DNA of 64,000 bases from an uncultured virus (IMG/VR IMGVR_UViG_3300046616_000384) (IMGVR_UViG_3300046616_000384); one strand, 5' to 3'; counted from the stretch's first letter, positions 28,494 through 38,639 are shown. Made by a program: numbers and translations. Notes: generated by a model not told the origin, from the letters alone.

Positions 28494-29780
28494 ATGGCAC
28501 TGCCCACATTCGTGGCCGTCTCGACCGTGGTCGCCACATCCACCACGGCCGTCTGCACCTATCCTGCGGGGTTTGCGGCAAACGACCTGCTGGTGATGCT
28601 GGTGTCCTCGGACTCGGCGAGCATCAACACCCCCTCCGGGTGGACCAAGTCCGGTGCCACCAGCACCGGTGGCGGCACCTCGGTGGCCGTCTTCAAGAAG
28701 ACCGCTGCCGGCTCCGAGACCGGCAGCGTGACCGCAACCATCACCGGCGGCACCAAGGGCATCGCCACGATGGCCGCCTACCGGCCCGCGGCCGGGGTCT
28801 CGGCCGACATCAAGGCCATCTCCGGCGGCATTGACAATGACAACGCCACCACGGCGATCTCCATCACCGGCTCGCCGCTCACGACGGCGACCGATGACCT
28901 GCTCTCGGTGTTCACGCTGATCTCGGCCAACGGCGGGGCCTTCACCGGCAACGCCACCAGCCCCGTGCTCAGCATGTCCGCCGGCACCGTGGGAACCCAG
29001 ACCGCCAGGGCGACCGGGCGCGCGTCGACGAACACGCTCTTTTACGCCCTGCGGGATGAGCCGGTCACCACCGGCGGCACCGGCAACCCGGCCTACACGG
29101 CCACCGGCGCCGGGGCCAACGCCTCCGGCGCGGGCATCTTCTTCGCCGTGCGCACCGTCCCGTTCCAGACCGCCCCGAACGCCTCGGCGACCGTACCGGC
29201 CAGTGCCCGGATCGACGAGACCTACACCATCACCGACACGTCCACGGCCACCACGTCCGGTGCCACCATCACCGGCCGGGTCTGGCGGATCATCTCCGGC
29301 GGCGGCACGCTGTCCTCCACCACGGCCTCCTCGGTCACGGTGACGGCACCGCCGCTGCCGGGCACCCAGGTGCTCGGGCTCATCGCCACGGACTCCAACG
29401 GCCTGCCCTCCACCGAGCGCACCTACTCCATCACGATCAACGCCGGCCCGGTGCCCAACGCCGGACCGGACCAGCTGACCAAGGAAGCCCTGTCCACCGT
29501 GGCCCTCGCCGGTTCCGGCACCTCCGGTGCCACGGCGTACTCCTGGCGGCAGGTCAGCGGACAGGTCGTGACCCTGTCCTCGGCCACGGCGCAGAACCCG
29601 ACCTTCCGGGCCCCGGCCAGCGTCGACGGCCTGGACCTGGTCTTCGCCCTGTCGGTGGCCGTCAACAGCTCCTCGCCGTTCTCGGCCGAGGACACCGTCA
29701 AGATCCACATCCGCCCCCACATCGAGTGGTACGTCAGCGGCAGTATCTGGAAGCCCATGACTTCCTCGAAGATCACCTAA
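28494..29780 (+). CDS. minor tail protein with PKD/Ig-like domains
   Basis: PNAGPDQ..YSWRQVSG..NPTFRAP PKD-like; N-terminus paralogous to 5509..6867. Confidence 0.75.
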   Translation: MALPTFVAVSTVVATSTTAVCTYPAGFAANDLLVMLVSSDSASINTPSGWTKSGATSTGGGTSVAVFKKTAAGSETGSVTATITGGTKGIATMAAYRPAAGVSADIKAISGGIDNDNATTAISITGSPLTTATDDLLSVFTLISANGGAFTGNATSPVLSMSAGTVGTQTARATGRASTNTLFYALRDEPVTTGGTGNPAYTATGAGANASGAGIFFAVRTVPFQTAPNASATVPASARIDETYTITDTSTATTSGATITGRVWRIISGGGTLSSTTASSVTVTAPPLPGTQVLGLIATDSNGLPSTERTYSITINAGPVPNAGPDQLTKEALSTVALAGSGTSGATAYSWRQVSGQVVTLSSATAQNPTFRAPASVDGLDLVFALSVAVNSSSPFSAEDTVKIHIRPHIEWYVSGSIWKPMTSSKIT

Positions 29781-29782
29781 CC

Positions 29783-30154
29783 ATGCAGTGGCAAGCCTGG
29801 ATGCAATGGCTTGTGCCGGTCCTGTGCGCCGCCCTGGGCGGCTCGGGGGTGTGGGCGCTGCTGACCGCCCGCACCACCGCACGGGCCACGCAGGCAGCCG
29901 CTGTGGCCGCCGCACAGCCTGCCACACAGTCGGCCATCACGGCCGACTGGACCTCCCTCATGACCTTCTGGCAGGGGGAGCTGAACACGCTTCGCCTGTC
30001 CCACTCCGAGCTGCACATCAAGGTCGAACTCCTGGCCCGGCAGCGCGAGGAGGACCTGCAGCACATCGAGGACCTGGAGGCCCACATCTGGGCCGAACTG
30101 CCCCCGCCACCGCCGCTGCGCCGGCGGGTGCGCAAGCCCGAGGAGAACCCATGA
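29783..30154 (+). CDS. membrane protein (lysis cassette)
   Basis: N-terminal TM, coiled coil, PPPPP. Confidence 0.65.
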   Translation: MQWQAWMQWLVPVLCAALGGSGVWALLTARTTARATQAAAVAAAQPATQSAITADWTSLMTFWQGELNTLRLSHSELHIKVELLARQREEDLQHIEDLEAHIWAELPPPPPLRRRVRKPEENP

Positions 30155-30990
30155 ACTACGTCATTGACGAATCCCTTTCCGACCCCGAATACACCCTGGC
30201 CAAGGATGTGGCCGGCGTGTTCGGCACCCCCCGCCGCATCGAGTCCATTGGCATCCACCACTGGGGCGTGTTCGGGCAGACCCACGACAAGGTGTGCAAG
30301 TTCTTTGTCGAGACCGACTCCGACACCTCGGCCCACTTCGTGGTCTCGGCCGGCCGGATCAACTGCCTGGTCTCCCCGGGCAACGCCGCGTGGGCGGCCG
30401 GCAATGCCTACGGCAACGCCACGGCGATCCATCTGGAACTGCATCCGGAGGCTACGGACCAGGACTACGAGACGGCGGCCTGGCTGATTTCAAAACTCCG
30501 TGAATGGTACGGTCCCGAGCTTCCGCTGATCCCGCACCGGTACTGGCACGCCACCGCCTGTCCCGGGATCTGGGACCTGGCCCGGCTGGACAGGATGGCC
30601 CGTGCCATCGGCGGCGCCCCGGCGCCGGTCGTGCCCGCCTCCGCCCCGCCCAAGCCCAAGCCGGCCCCCATGAAGGCCCGCACCTTCCCGGACTCGGACC
30701 TGCACTGGGTGGTCGCCAAGGGCGACACGCTGGGCAAGATCGCGGCCTACTACAACGGTCCGACAGTGGCGCAGATCGCCGCCTACAACAACATCGACGC
30801 CAACAAGATCACCCCGGGCCAGAAGATCTGGATCCCCGGCCCGCTGGTCTGGGTGATCGAGAAGCCGGACACCATCCGCTCGATCGCCAAGTACTACGGC
30901 CTGGACCCGGCCTACCTCGCCCGGCTCAACGGGCTGGCAGGCCCGGACGCCGTGATCTACATCGGCAACCGTCTGACCATCAAGAAGTAA
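30151..30990 (+). CDS. endolysin (amidase-2 + two LysM)
   Basis: IGIHHWG..SAHFVV..AWAAGN..HLE..PHRYWHATACPG; WVVAKGDTLGKIA..N.I..GQKI.IP. Confidence 0.9.
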   Translation: MNYVIDESLSDPEYTLAKDVAGVFGTPRRIESIGIHHWGVFGQTHDKVCKFFVETDSDTSAHFVVSAGRINCLVSPGNAAWAAGNAYGNATAIHLELHPEATDQDYETAAWLISKLREWYGPELPLIPHRYWHATACPGIWDLARLDRMARAIGGAPAPVVPASAPPKPKPAPMKARTFPDSDLHWVVAKGDTLGKIAAYYNGPTVAQIAAYNNIDANKITPGQKIWIPGPLVWVIEKPDTIRSIAKYYGLDPAYLARLNGLAGPDAVIYIGNRLTIKK

Positions 30991-30999
30991 AGGAACCCC

Positions 31000-31245
31000 A
31001 TGCAGAGCATTCTTGACAAGGTGGCCCTCACCCCCTGGGCCCGCACCCTGTGGCAGGGCTTCATAGTTGACGCGCTGGTCGCGATCGGACTGGGCTTGAG
31101 CACCCTGGCCGCCACCGGGGACCTGACGTCCCCGGCCTTCTGGTCGGCCGTGGGCCTGCTGGTCGGCAAGTCCTTCCTGACTTCCGTGGCCTCCTGGCTG
31201 ACACGGCTGAAGCCGGTTTTGCCCGAGTCACCACCCGTAGAGTAG
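31000..31245 (+). CDS. holin
   Basis: Two TM helices, RTLWQG motif, follows endolysin. Confidence 0.75.
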   Translation: MQSILDKVALTPWARTLWQGFIVDALVAIGLGLSTLAATGDLTSPAFWSAVGLLVGKSFLTSVASWLTRLKPVLPESPPVE

Positions 31246-31311
31246 TGTGAATCACGCACGGCCCCCGCCTCCCCCCGAGACCGGGGCCGTGCACCTCCCC
31301 CTCAAACCGGA

Positions 31312-31358
31312 TTGGTACGACACTTCTACTAGCATTGCTCTAGTACGACACCAGTACT
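31312..31358. repeat. 11-bp-period GTAC array C (two pairs)
   Basis: Cores 31315/31326 (CTAC) and 31343/31354; contains GTACGACACCAGTAC. Confidence 0.7.
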
Positions 31359-31367
31359 GAGACGACA

Positions 31368-31401
31368 GAAAGCCCCCCACCACATGGTGGGGGGCTCTTT
31401 T
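31368..31401. terminator. probably bidirectional intrinsic terminator
   Basis: GAAAGCCCCCCACCA-CA-TGGTGGGGGGCTCTTTT. Confidence 0.75.
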
Positions 31402-31420
31402 GTGTCTTAGCATAGGGATC

Positions 31421-31744
31421 ATGAGCTGGGACAAGACCAAGGATGAGCTTCGGGACCAGGTCGTCCGGCAGACCAATGCAAGGAAGAAGACCGCCCGGTG
31501 GTGCAAGGGCAAGGAAGGCCGGGAGCACGTCCCGGAGCTGGTCGTCAACCACAACTACAACCGGGGTAACCGCTGGACCTGCAGGTGGCAGGAAGTCATG
31601 CGCTACCACAACCACGAACGGCAGCACTGGCGCTGGTACTACTTCTGCCGGCACTCCTATAAGTGCGTCAACTGCGGCAAGTACACCGAGGACCGGCTGA
31701 AGAACGTCGAGGAGTGCCCGGAGTACACGCCCCGGCCGGTGTGA
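31421..31744 (+). CDS. Cys/His-rich hypothetical protein (probably leaderless)
   Basis: -10 TAGCAT 7 nt before ATG; WCKG, CVNCGK. Confidence 0.6.
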   Translation: MSWDKTKDELRDQVVRQTNARKKTARWCKGKEGREHVPELVVNHNYNRGNRWTCRWQEVMRYHNHERQHWRWYYFCRHSYKCVNCGKYTEDRLKNVEECPEYTPRPV

Positions 31745-31816
31745 GAAAGCCCGCCCCTTGTGGTCTACGAGAACAGAGGGGACGGGCGTCCGCTAAGTAT
31801 AACGGGCGGGGTCCTG

Positions 31817-32026
31817 CTACCAGCCGCCCATGCCCTCCCACGCCTTGGCGATCTCCGCGTCCAGCTCCGCGTCCGACTTCAGGGCATCCGCCATGGCCTT
31901 GTCCCAGGTCCAGTAGATGAGGGTTTCGTCATGGGATCCTGCGCCGGTGAAGACCCACGGCCGGAACAGCGGGTCCCCCGGAGGGTACTGGGAGGAGTCG
32001 GGATCGTAGGAGACGCGGTGCTTCAT
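31817..32026 (-). CDS. hypothetical protein
   Basis: MKHRVSYDPD... Confidence 0.5.
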   Translation of the reverse strand: MKHRVSYDPDSSQYPPGDPLFRPWVFTGAGSHDETLIYWTWDKAMADALKSDAELDAEIAKAWEGMGGW

Positions 32027-32472
32027 TACCGGATCCCCAGGAGGGTGACGATGCCGATCGCGGAGGCGACCAGGGCAAAGCAGCACAGGATGATGACAAG
32101 CGACAGGATCAGCCTGTCGGACCGCCTTACTGGATCGCTCACTCCACGTCCTCCCAGCCGTCATTGACCCATCGAACCAGCTGGCCGTCGGTAATGACCG
32201 CCAGGTTCTCGGCGTCCCCCTGGGACAGGCCGTAGTGCAGATCGCCGTCCGGCATCCTCACGCCCCATACGAGAGTCCTGGCCAGGCGTATCTCCTCCGG
32301 GGTCATTGGATCCTCCATGGAGACCTCACTGTCATGACCGTCCGGGACCTGATCCGCCCAGTGGCGCCCCGGGACTTGGCCTTGTAGCCGGCGGAATACT
32401 GGTCATCCTCGCGGATCCAGATGACTTCCCCATCCTCGGCACGATACTCGTACTCCCACTCGACGGTTTCCG

Positions 32473-32898
32473 TTACTGAATCTTCCACGGCTTCTCAACT
32501 CTGTGGCGCTTCCTGACAGTCGCCAGTCCCAGTATGTCACGGCGCTTGTAGACCGAGGCCAGGGAGCGGCCCAGGGCCACGGCGATGGCCTCGTAGCTCT
32601 GCTCGCCGACATTCTCCCGCAGGTACTTGTCATCCTTGACCGACCACTGCCGCCACCGGGCGGTCTGAAGCTCCATCGGCGGCCGGGGCTCCGGGACACC
32701 GATGCCGCGCTGGATCCTGTCGGCTTTCTTCTGCCGGTTGACGCAGTTGTGGCAGGCCCTGCGGCGCGCACCGACGCCGGAGATGACGGGGAAGGAGTCC
32801 CCGTCCGCCAGCTCCCCGCACTTGGTACAGGTGCGGGCCAGGAGCGTCCTGGTGCCGGCGGAGAAGGGCGAGTTTGGGCCCTTGCTCGGCAGTGTCAT
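32473..32898 (-). CDS. Zn-ribbon + HTH DNA-binding protein
   Basis: CTKC..CHNC; WSVKDDKYLRE..IAVALGRSLASVYKRR; -10 TAAGAT 6 nt before ATG. Confidence 0.65.
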   Translation of the reverse strand: MTLPSKGPNSPFSAGTRTLLARTCTKCGELADGDSFPVISGVGARRRACHNCVNRQKKADRIQRGIGVPEPRPPMELQTARWRQWSVKDDKYLRENVGEQSYEAIAVALGRSLASVYKRRDILGLATVRKRHRVEKPWKIQ

Positions 32899-32971
32899 GG
32901 TTCTATCTTAGATGGAAGCCCGGCGGGCCTTGCTTCATCACCGCGATGCCCGCCGGGGCACCCCGACTCTA

Positions 32972-33514
32972 TCAGTAGTCGCTGTTGATCTGCAGGAGAC
33001 GCAGCCCGGAGTTCAGCCGGTGGGTGATGGCGGCCACCGCCCGGGACTCCGCGACCTGCTCGGCGTTGCGGGCCAGCGGCTCCCGCAGTGCGTACTTCTT
33101 ATACAGGACCGCCTTCTGCCCCGTGGTCAGGTAGGAGAAGGCCTCGGAAAGATCCGCCCGAGCCTCGACGTCGACGCAGTCGCCGGCCTGGCACCACACC
33201 ACATCGCCCAGGAACTTGCGCACCATGCCCGGGGTGTACAGGTAGGCCCCGGTCGAGTACATGTGCTGGGTGCGCTGGTCCTTGCAGAAGTTCCGGGCCG
33301 CACGCCGGGCCATGTGCCGGACGAGCAGGGGCTCCCGGCCCTCGTAGTGCTTCCAGTTCGCCATCATGTGCTCCCAGATGGACTGGGCCACGTCGTCGAT
33401 GCTGAACACGGTCGAGTTCTTCCACTCGCTCGCTGCCACATCCATGACCAGGGGCTCCAGCTGCAGGTACAGCTCGGTGTCCATCGGTGCAGTCAATTCC
33501 AGTCCTTCAATCAT
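32972..33514 (-). CDS. phage sigma-factor-like protein
   Basis: DDVAQSIW..ARNFC..YLYTPGMVRKFL..DLSEAFSYLTTGQKAVL. Confidence 0.65.
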   Translation of the reverse strand: MIEGLELTAPMDTELYLQLEPLVMDVAASEWKNSTVFSIDDVAQSIWEHMMANWKHYEGREPLLVRHMARRAARNFCKDQRTQHMYSTGAYLYTPGMVRKFLGDVVWCQAGDCVDVEARADLSEAFSYLTTGQKAVLYKKYALREPLARNAEQVAESRAVAAITHRLNSGLRLLQINSDY

Positions 33515-34311
33515 TAGTTGACCTTCTGCTGGCGCGTGGTGGTGGCGTCCTGCAGTTTGGTGCTTCCCCGCACCCAGGCCCCGCAGCCCTGGCAGGAGTA
33601 GAGCCTGTAGCTGGTGACGAAGGCAAAGGCGGTGCCGTCCCGCTTGAGCCTGGTGCCCCCGCACGCCCAGCAGGAGTGCGACTGGCCGTCCATCTGGCCG
33701 ATGTGCGGCACCGCGGTCAGCCAGGGGAGCAGGTAGTGGTAGAGCTTCTCGGTGAGCTTGACGTCCTGCACGCAGTAGGTGCCCATCTTCTTCCAGGCCC
33801 GCTCGTCCCCGGCCATGCACTTGACCCAGAGGGCGAAGCCCTCGTGGCTGGTCTTGTGCCCGATGCCCAGCTGCTGGGACACGAAGTCGAGTTTGTTGGA
33901 GGCGAACTTGAACTGTTTGCGGACCACCCGCAGCAGGTCGATCTGCTTGAACGGCTTGGGCGGCAGCAGCCCGGCCAGCAGGAACTCCCGCTGCATGTGC
34001 GGAACGTCGAAGCCGATGCCGTTGTAGGTCACCACGATGTCGGCCTCATTGAACATGTCCCATGCGGCCTGCACCATGTCCGCATGGCCGTGGCCGTGGT
34101 CGGAGTAGAACCAGGTCTCTTTGTCCCCGAGCCACTTGGCGCCGAAGCCGAACACCCGGCCCGGCTGTACGATCTGGCCGATGGAGATGTTCTGGTTGAA
34201 CAGGCCCCACGTATAGACATCGTTGGGCGCGTTCTCCACGTCGAAGAACAGCACCCGGACGTTGTGCTTTGGCCTGGCGACCTTGCGGATGGCCGCTTCA
34301 AGCTCACTCAC
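33514..34311 (-). CDS. DEDD/RNase H-like 3'-5' exonuclease with C-terminal Zn ribbon
   Basis: LFFDVENAP..YNGIGFDVP..YCVQDV; CWACG..CQGCG. Confidence 0.85.
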   Translation of the reverse strand: MSELEAAIRKVARPKHNVRVLFFDVENAPNDVYTWGLFNQNISIGQIVQPGRVFGFGAKWLGDKETWFYSDHGHGHADMVQAAWDMFNEADIVVTYNGIGFDVPHMQREFLLAGLLPPKPFKQIDLLRVVRKQFKFASNKLDFVSQQLGIGHKTSHEGFALWVKCMAGDERAWKKMGTYCVQDVKLTEKLYHYLLPWLTAVPHIGQMDGQSHSCWACGGTRLKRDGTAFAFVTSYRLYSCQGCGAWVRGSTKLQDATTTRQQKVN

Positions 34312-34494
34312 CCGGTTCGGGCACTTCCAGGTCGGCCTCCAGGCCCAGCTCCCACGGCCGGCCGGAGTCCTGGGGCGTGCACCGCTTGAGCCCGAACACA
34401 TGGGTGTAGTCGGTCTTGAAGCCCTCGGCCGTGGCCCCGGTGAAGACAATCTCCCGGGCGCAGTTCGAGCAATACAGAGCAGACATTCAATTCC

Positions 34495-34764
34495 TTAGTC
34501 GTTGAGGGGGGTCCAGGACCCGACGGTGGTCTCGACCTTGCGGCTGAGCAGGATCGGCCAGTACTGCTCCGGGATGCCCAGGTTCCGCAGGGTCTTGCGG
34601 TAGTGCTCCAGGGCCCGCAGGGCGGCGTCGTGGGAGTCGTAGGACACCACGGTCGCGGTGTTGTCATAGACCTGGATGCCCCACTCGGTGCGGATGCCGG
34701 CGGGCCGGAACCGGTCGGGGCCGGGCCAGGTGCCGATGCCCTTCAGGGAGATGAAGTCGTTCAC
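34495..34764 (-). CDS. hypothetical protein
   Basis: Operon packing. Confidence 0.55.
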   Translation of the reverse strand: MNDFISLKGIGTWPGPDRFRPAGIRTEWGIQVYDNTATVVSYDSHDAALRALEHYRKTLRNLGIPEQYWPILLSRKVETTVGSWTPLND

Positions 34765-34997
34765 AGTGCCACCTTTCCCAGCGCCAGCCGTTCCCGGTAG
34801 TGCTGGACCTGCTTGCGGTCCACGTCGTAGCCGATCTCCCGCAGCGCCCGCGCCACCTGGGCGTGGGGGTAGCCAGCGGGATCCTGGATGATCCGCTGGA
34901 AGGACTCCCGGTTGGCCTCGGTCATTCCGTCATAGGCTGCCGCCACCCGGTCGTAGCGGGTGGACGGCCCGATGGCCGTCTTCAGATCAGCACTCAA
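34761..34997 (-). CDS. small HTH-like protein
   Basis: HAQVARALREIGYDVDRKQVQHYR. Confidence 0.55.
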   Translation of the reverse strand: MSADLKTAIGPSTRYDRVAAAYDGMTEANRESFQRIIQDPAGYPHAQVARALREIGYDVDRKQVQHYRERLALGKVAL

Positions 34998-35664
34998 GGG
35001 AGACCACCTCCTCGCCGAGCGCCCAGTCCAGGGCGATCTGGACGGCCTCCGCCAGTTCTTCGAGTGTGGCGTCGTTGACGATGGTGACCTCCTCGCCCAT
35101 CAGCCCGGCATACTGCTCGGACTCGTGCTCCCCGGCCTCATCGTCCAGGCTCCGGGCCACCCGCCACACCGAGCCCTGGATTCTGGAGAACACCAGCTCC
35201 CCGTCGGCGAAGTAGGGCCCGGACATGTTGTAGATCATCTCCGCCTCGTTGGGGAACCGGACGTCGGTGAAGACGACCCGCTCGCTGTCCTGGGCCCCCA
35301 GTTCATCCAGGGCCAGGTTCACCCAGAACTCCGGGTCCTGCTTGCGCATGACTTCGGTGCCGAACCGCTGCCAGAGGGTGCGGACCTCCTCCCCGTAGGG
35401 GGAGTCCTTGATGGTCTCGTCGTCGTAGCCGTAGGACTCGTAGAGGTCCGAGATCCGGACCTCCTCGGCCTCGATGGGGCAGTCGTTGAGGTTGCCGCAG
35501 TCGCACACGTACACGCTGTAGCCCACGATGGGGTCCAGGTCCCGCACAAGGCGCTTGACCGCGCCGGCGAAGCTCATCCTGGTGAAGCCGTGGTCCTTGA
35601 CCAGGATGTCGGCCACGGCATCCTTGCCGGCGCCGATGTTTCCTGAGAGGCCAATAACGATCAT
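34987..35664 (-). CDS. deoxynucleoside monophosphate kinase
   Basis: IGLSGNIGAGKD P-loop; RTLWQRFGTE; DVRFPNE; HESE. Confidence 0.9.
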   Translation of the reverse strand: MIVIGLSGNIGAGKDAVADILVKDHGFTRMSFAGAVKRLVRDLDPIVGYSVYVCDCGNLNDCPIEAEEVRISDLYESYGYDDETIKDSPYGEEVRTLWQRFGTEVMRKQDPEFWVNLALDELGAQDSERVVFTDVRFPNEAEMIYNMSGPYFADGELVFSRIQGSVWRVARSLDDEAGEHESEQYAGLMGEEVTIVNDATLEELAEAVQIALDWALGEEVVSLEC

Positions 35665-36746
35665 CTAGAGCACCTTCATTCCTGCGTGCGAGGTGTGGTT
35701 GGTCAGCTTGTTCAGCCAGAACTGGCCGCGCTCGATCCAGAAGGTGTCCCCGGTGCTGAGGATGATGACCTCATAGGGTTCGTCGTCCCGGCGCTCCACC
35801 GCCACGACGTGGTCGGGACGGACGGTCAGCGTGCGGTCCCTGTCCCAGATCTTCAGCTCGATGAAGTAGTTCATGCCTCGTCCTTCCGGTTGGCGACCCA
35901 TTTGGCGCCCACACCGTTGTCGTCGAAATAGATCTGCACCGTGCCGTTGCGGGGGTTGTTCCCGTCCCGCCGTGCCCGGTCGACGGCCAGCCGGCCGGCG
36001 AACTTCATGCCGTCGTTCAGGTCCTTGGTCTGGACGTAGGCGTGGAACTCGGTCGGCCGGGGAGGCCGGATGTTGTGGAAGGGGTCGCTCATACGCCGGC
36101 CACCAGTACGTGCAGGTTTGCGCCGGAGACCATGATGCCGCGGGCGAACTTCTCGGAGGACCAGGGATCGGGCTTGCCACCCAGCGCCCAGGTGCCCTCG
36201 GGGTCTTTGATCGCGGCGTTGATCGGCTCCCCGCCAGCGGTCTCGGTCATGACGACACTGCCGGGGTTCAGCACGTCGAGCTGGTGCTGGATCTCATCGG
36301 TGAAAAAGTCGTTGCTGTCGCTCATTCGGTCTCCCTGTAATCGGTGATGTGGAGGACCTTGCCTCCGGTCATGCGGGCATTGAAGTAGAGATGGTGGAAG
36401 AGGTTGGCGGAGCCGGCCTCGATTGCTGCGTTGGTGAGGTAGGCGTTGCGGAACCGCAGCCCCTCCAGGGGCAGCAGGAAGTGCAGGTTGGAGACCACCT
36501 TGGAGGCGGGGAAGTAGCCGTGGGCGTCCGCGTCCCGCTCGTCGGCGCAGATCAGAATGTCAGTCATGCGTCCACCTGGTTGAGGGCGTGGTGGACCGAG
36601 GTGAGGATGCGGATGAGGGTCCACGTCGTGTCGGGGCCGTCCAGTGTCACAAAGTCGTCCAGGACTTTCTTCACGTCGGCGGACGTGATCGGCGCACCGT
36701 CAACGGTAGGCCACAGGATCTGAAGCATTTCAGTCATCTTCTTCAA
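35665..36746 (-). other. five small hypothetical genes (35665-35874, 35871-36092, 36089-36325, 36322-36567, 36564-36746)
   Basis: Tight 4-bp overlaps with RBSs. Confidence 0.6.
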
Positions 36747-37239
36747 CTTCCTCGTCGAGCGGGCCGAACTCGCCCCGGCGCAGCGGGATGACGTCCTTCG
36801 GGCCCAGGGAGATCCGGTCGGTGGGGGAGTGGACCGGGGTGACCAGGACGTACCGCTCGTCGTCCCATTCGATGTCCCCTCGGGCCTCGTAGAAGCTTGG
36901 CTCGGGGACCTCGGCGATCTTGCAGACCCGGCCCTTCTTGAAGGGGCCGATGTCCACCAGCAGCTTCACGCTGTCGCCTACCTGCACTTTTGCCATCGCT
37001 TCCTCACGCCGTCGGGCGTAGATCTCGGCGGCCAGCTCTGCTGCCACGCCGTACCGGTTGAGTAGGTCATTGCCGTGATTCACCATGAAGTGCATGACCC
37101 GGTCGGCCCGGGACTTGCCCCAGACCTTGGTCTGGATCCTGGTCTGGATGCCGTCCACCGCCAGGGTCACCAGGTAGCGGCGCGGGATCCTGGTGCTGTA
37201 GACGTACGCCTCGTAGGTGACGGAAACCGGTTCGCTCAT
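36730..37239 (-). CDS. hypothetical protein
   Basis: Operon packing; C-terminal SH3-like VQVGDSVKL. Confidence 0.55.
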   Translation of the reverse strand: MSEPVSVTYEAYVYSTRIPRRYLVTLAVDGIQTRIQTKVWGKSRADRVMHFMVNHGNDLLNRYGVAAELAAEIYARRREEAMAKVQVGDSVKLLVDIGPFKKGRVCKIAEVPEPSFYEARGDIEWDDERYVLVTPVHSPTDRISLGPKDVIPLRRGEFGPLDEEVEEDD

Positions 37240-37889
37240 ACCGCCACTCCCATGAACTCGCGCAGGGCCTGGCGGCCGAACTCGCAGAAAAATGAATTGA
37301 CATCGTGGCCCGGGGGGAAGAGTTTGATGTCCCCTCCCGGGACGTTCTGGGCCAGCTTGGCCGCGAACTTCTTCCCGGCCCCCGTGTCGTCGTTGTCGGC
37401 ACAGATGACCACGGACTCGTAGCCCTCGAACAGCAGCTCGTAGAAGTCCTTCCAGGCGCTGGCGCCCGGGATCCCCACGGCCGGGATGCCGGCCTGGACC
37501 AGGGTCATGCAGTCGACCTCGCCCTCGGTGATGGCGATCGTCTCCTCGGAGGCAAAGAACGCCGGGGTGTTGAAGATCGTCAGCTTGGATCCTTCCGGCT
37601 GCCAGTACTTCGGCCCGCCCTCCCGCTCCGGCGGGCGGCGGAACCGCAGCGCCACCGGCCCGGTGGGGGTGTTGTAGGGGATGGCGATCATGCCCCGGGC
37701 GTCGTCATCCAAGCCTTCGGGGCTTGCGGCGACCCCCAGTAGGAACCGGTCGATGGTTTCCGGGCTGAGCTTGCGCTCCACCGTCAGATATTCGTACGCC
37801 TGGGCGCCGTCCGGACTTTTCAGCTGCTCGTGGTACTTCAGCACCCGGTCCACCAGTGATCTCCTCTCCGATCCTGAGAGCACCGACAT
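37236..37889 (-). CDS. DNA primase TOPRIM domain
   Basis: IAITEGEVDCM..GIPGASAW..CADNDDTGAG..GHDVN. Confidence 0.9.
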   Translation of the reverse strand: MSVLSGSERRSLVDRVLKYHEQLKSPDGAQAYEYLTVERKLSPETIDRFLLGVAASPEGLDDDARGMIAIPYNTPTGPVALRFRRPPEREGGPKYWQPEGSKLTIFNTPAFFASEETIAITEGEVDCMTLVQAGIPAVGIPGASAWKDFYELLFEGYESVVICADNDDTGAGKKFAAKLAQNVPGGDIKLFPPGHDVNSFFCEFGRQALREFMGVAV

Positions 37890-38124
37890 AGTCCACGCCT
37901 TCCCTTAGTTTGATGAGGTCAATGGCGTCCCCGGTGAAGTCACAGGAGAAGCAGTGGATGCGGCCGGTCTTTGCGCTGAGGGTGCAGGAGGGGTCCCTGT
38001 CCTCGTGGTCCCCGGTGGGGCAGGTGATCTTGACGAAGCCGTCCCGTTCGGGGACGGCCTTGTCCAGGTAGTGCTCGACAACCGCCCGGATGTCGAAGCG
38101 CCTACTCGGGCTGGAAGTCGCCAA
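37705..38124 (-). CDS. DNA primase CHC2 zinc-finger domain
   Basis: CPTGDHEDRDPSC..HCFSC..GDAIDLI..REG. Confidence 0.85.
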   Translation of the reverse strand: MATSSPSRRFDIRAVVEHYLDKAVPERDGFVKITCPTGDHEDRDPSCTLSAKTGRIHCFSCDFTGDAIDLIKLREGVDYVGALRIGEEITGGPGAEVPRAAEKSGRRPGVRISDGGAQAQPGNHRPVPTGGRRKPRRLG

Positions 38125-38305
38125 GGATGCCGTCCTTCAGGTTCTCCATCAGCTCGAAGTACAGGCGGGAGACCTCATCGACAATGTCCGGGATGGCCTC
38201 GTCCTCGGGCAGGACCTCGGCGGCCAGGTTGACCATTGCCACCAGGTCCCGCAGCTCGTTGACGGTGAGGGTGACCTGGACTTCCAGTTCGGAGAACTCA
38301 GCCAC
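38102..38305 (-). CDS. acidic hypothetical protein
   Basis: AGGAGG RBS, GTG start. Confidence 0.55.
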   Translation of the reverse strand: MAEFSELEVQVTLTVNELRDLVAMVNLAAEVLPEDEAIPDIVDEVSRLYFELMENLKDGILGDFQPE

Positions 38306-38639
38306 GGTCGGCCTCCTGGTCATAGACCTCATCGGCCCGGTGCTTGCCGGCGCCGGCAATGTAGTAGCCGGCGTAGAGATCCATCACCTCGTCCATGCCC
38401 TGCTGGACCAGCGCATTGCGCCGCTTCTGGAAGGCCGCCTCGGTGAAGATCCCGGAGATGATCCAGGAGGTGAAGGCCGCGGCGATGATGTAGGCGATGT
38501 AGCCGGCCTCGTTGGTCTGCGGCCAGGTGCCCGCCAGGAGGCGGGTGGCGAAGGCCAGCAGCAGGATCGTGACCACTGAGCTGGACACGCCCAGTAGCGC
38601 AAGTTCCCAGTACTTGAGTTTGGCGAGGTTCTTAATCAT
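38298..38639 (-). CDS. membrane protein
   Basis: Two TM helices; AAGGAG RBS. Confidence 0.6.
   Translation of the reverse strand: MIKNLAKLKYWELALLGVSSSVVTILLLAFATRLLAGTWPQTNEAGYIAYIIAAAFTSWIISGIFTEAAFQKRRNALVQQGMDEVMDLYAGYYIAGAGKHRADEVYDQEADRG

Noticed and set aside
26427..29927. 1166-aa minus-strand ORF
   Set aside because: Antisense shadow of the tailspike and minor tail genes
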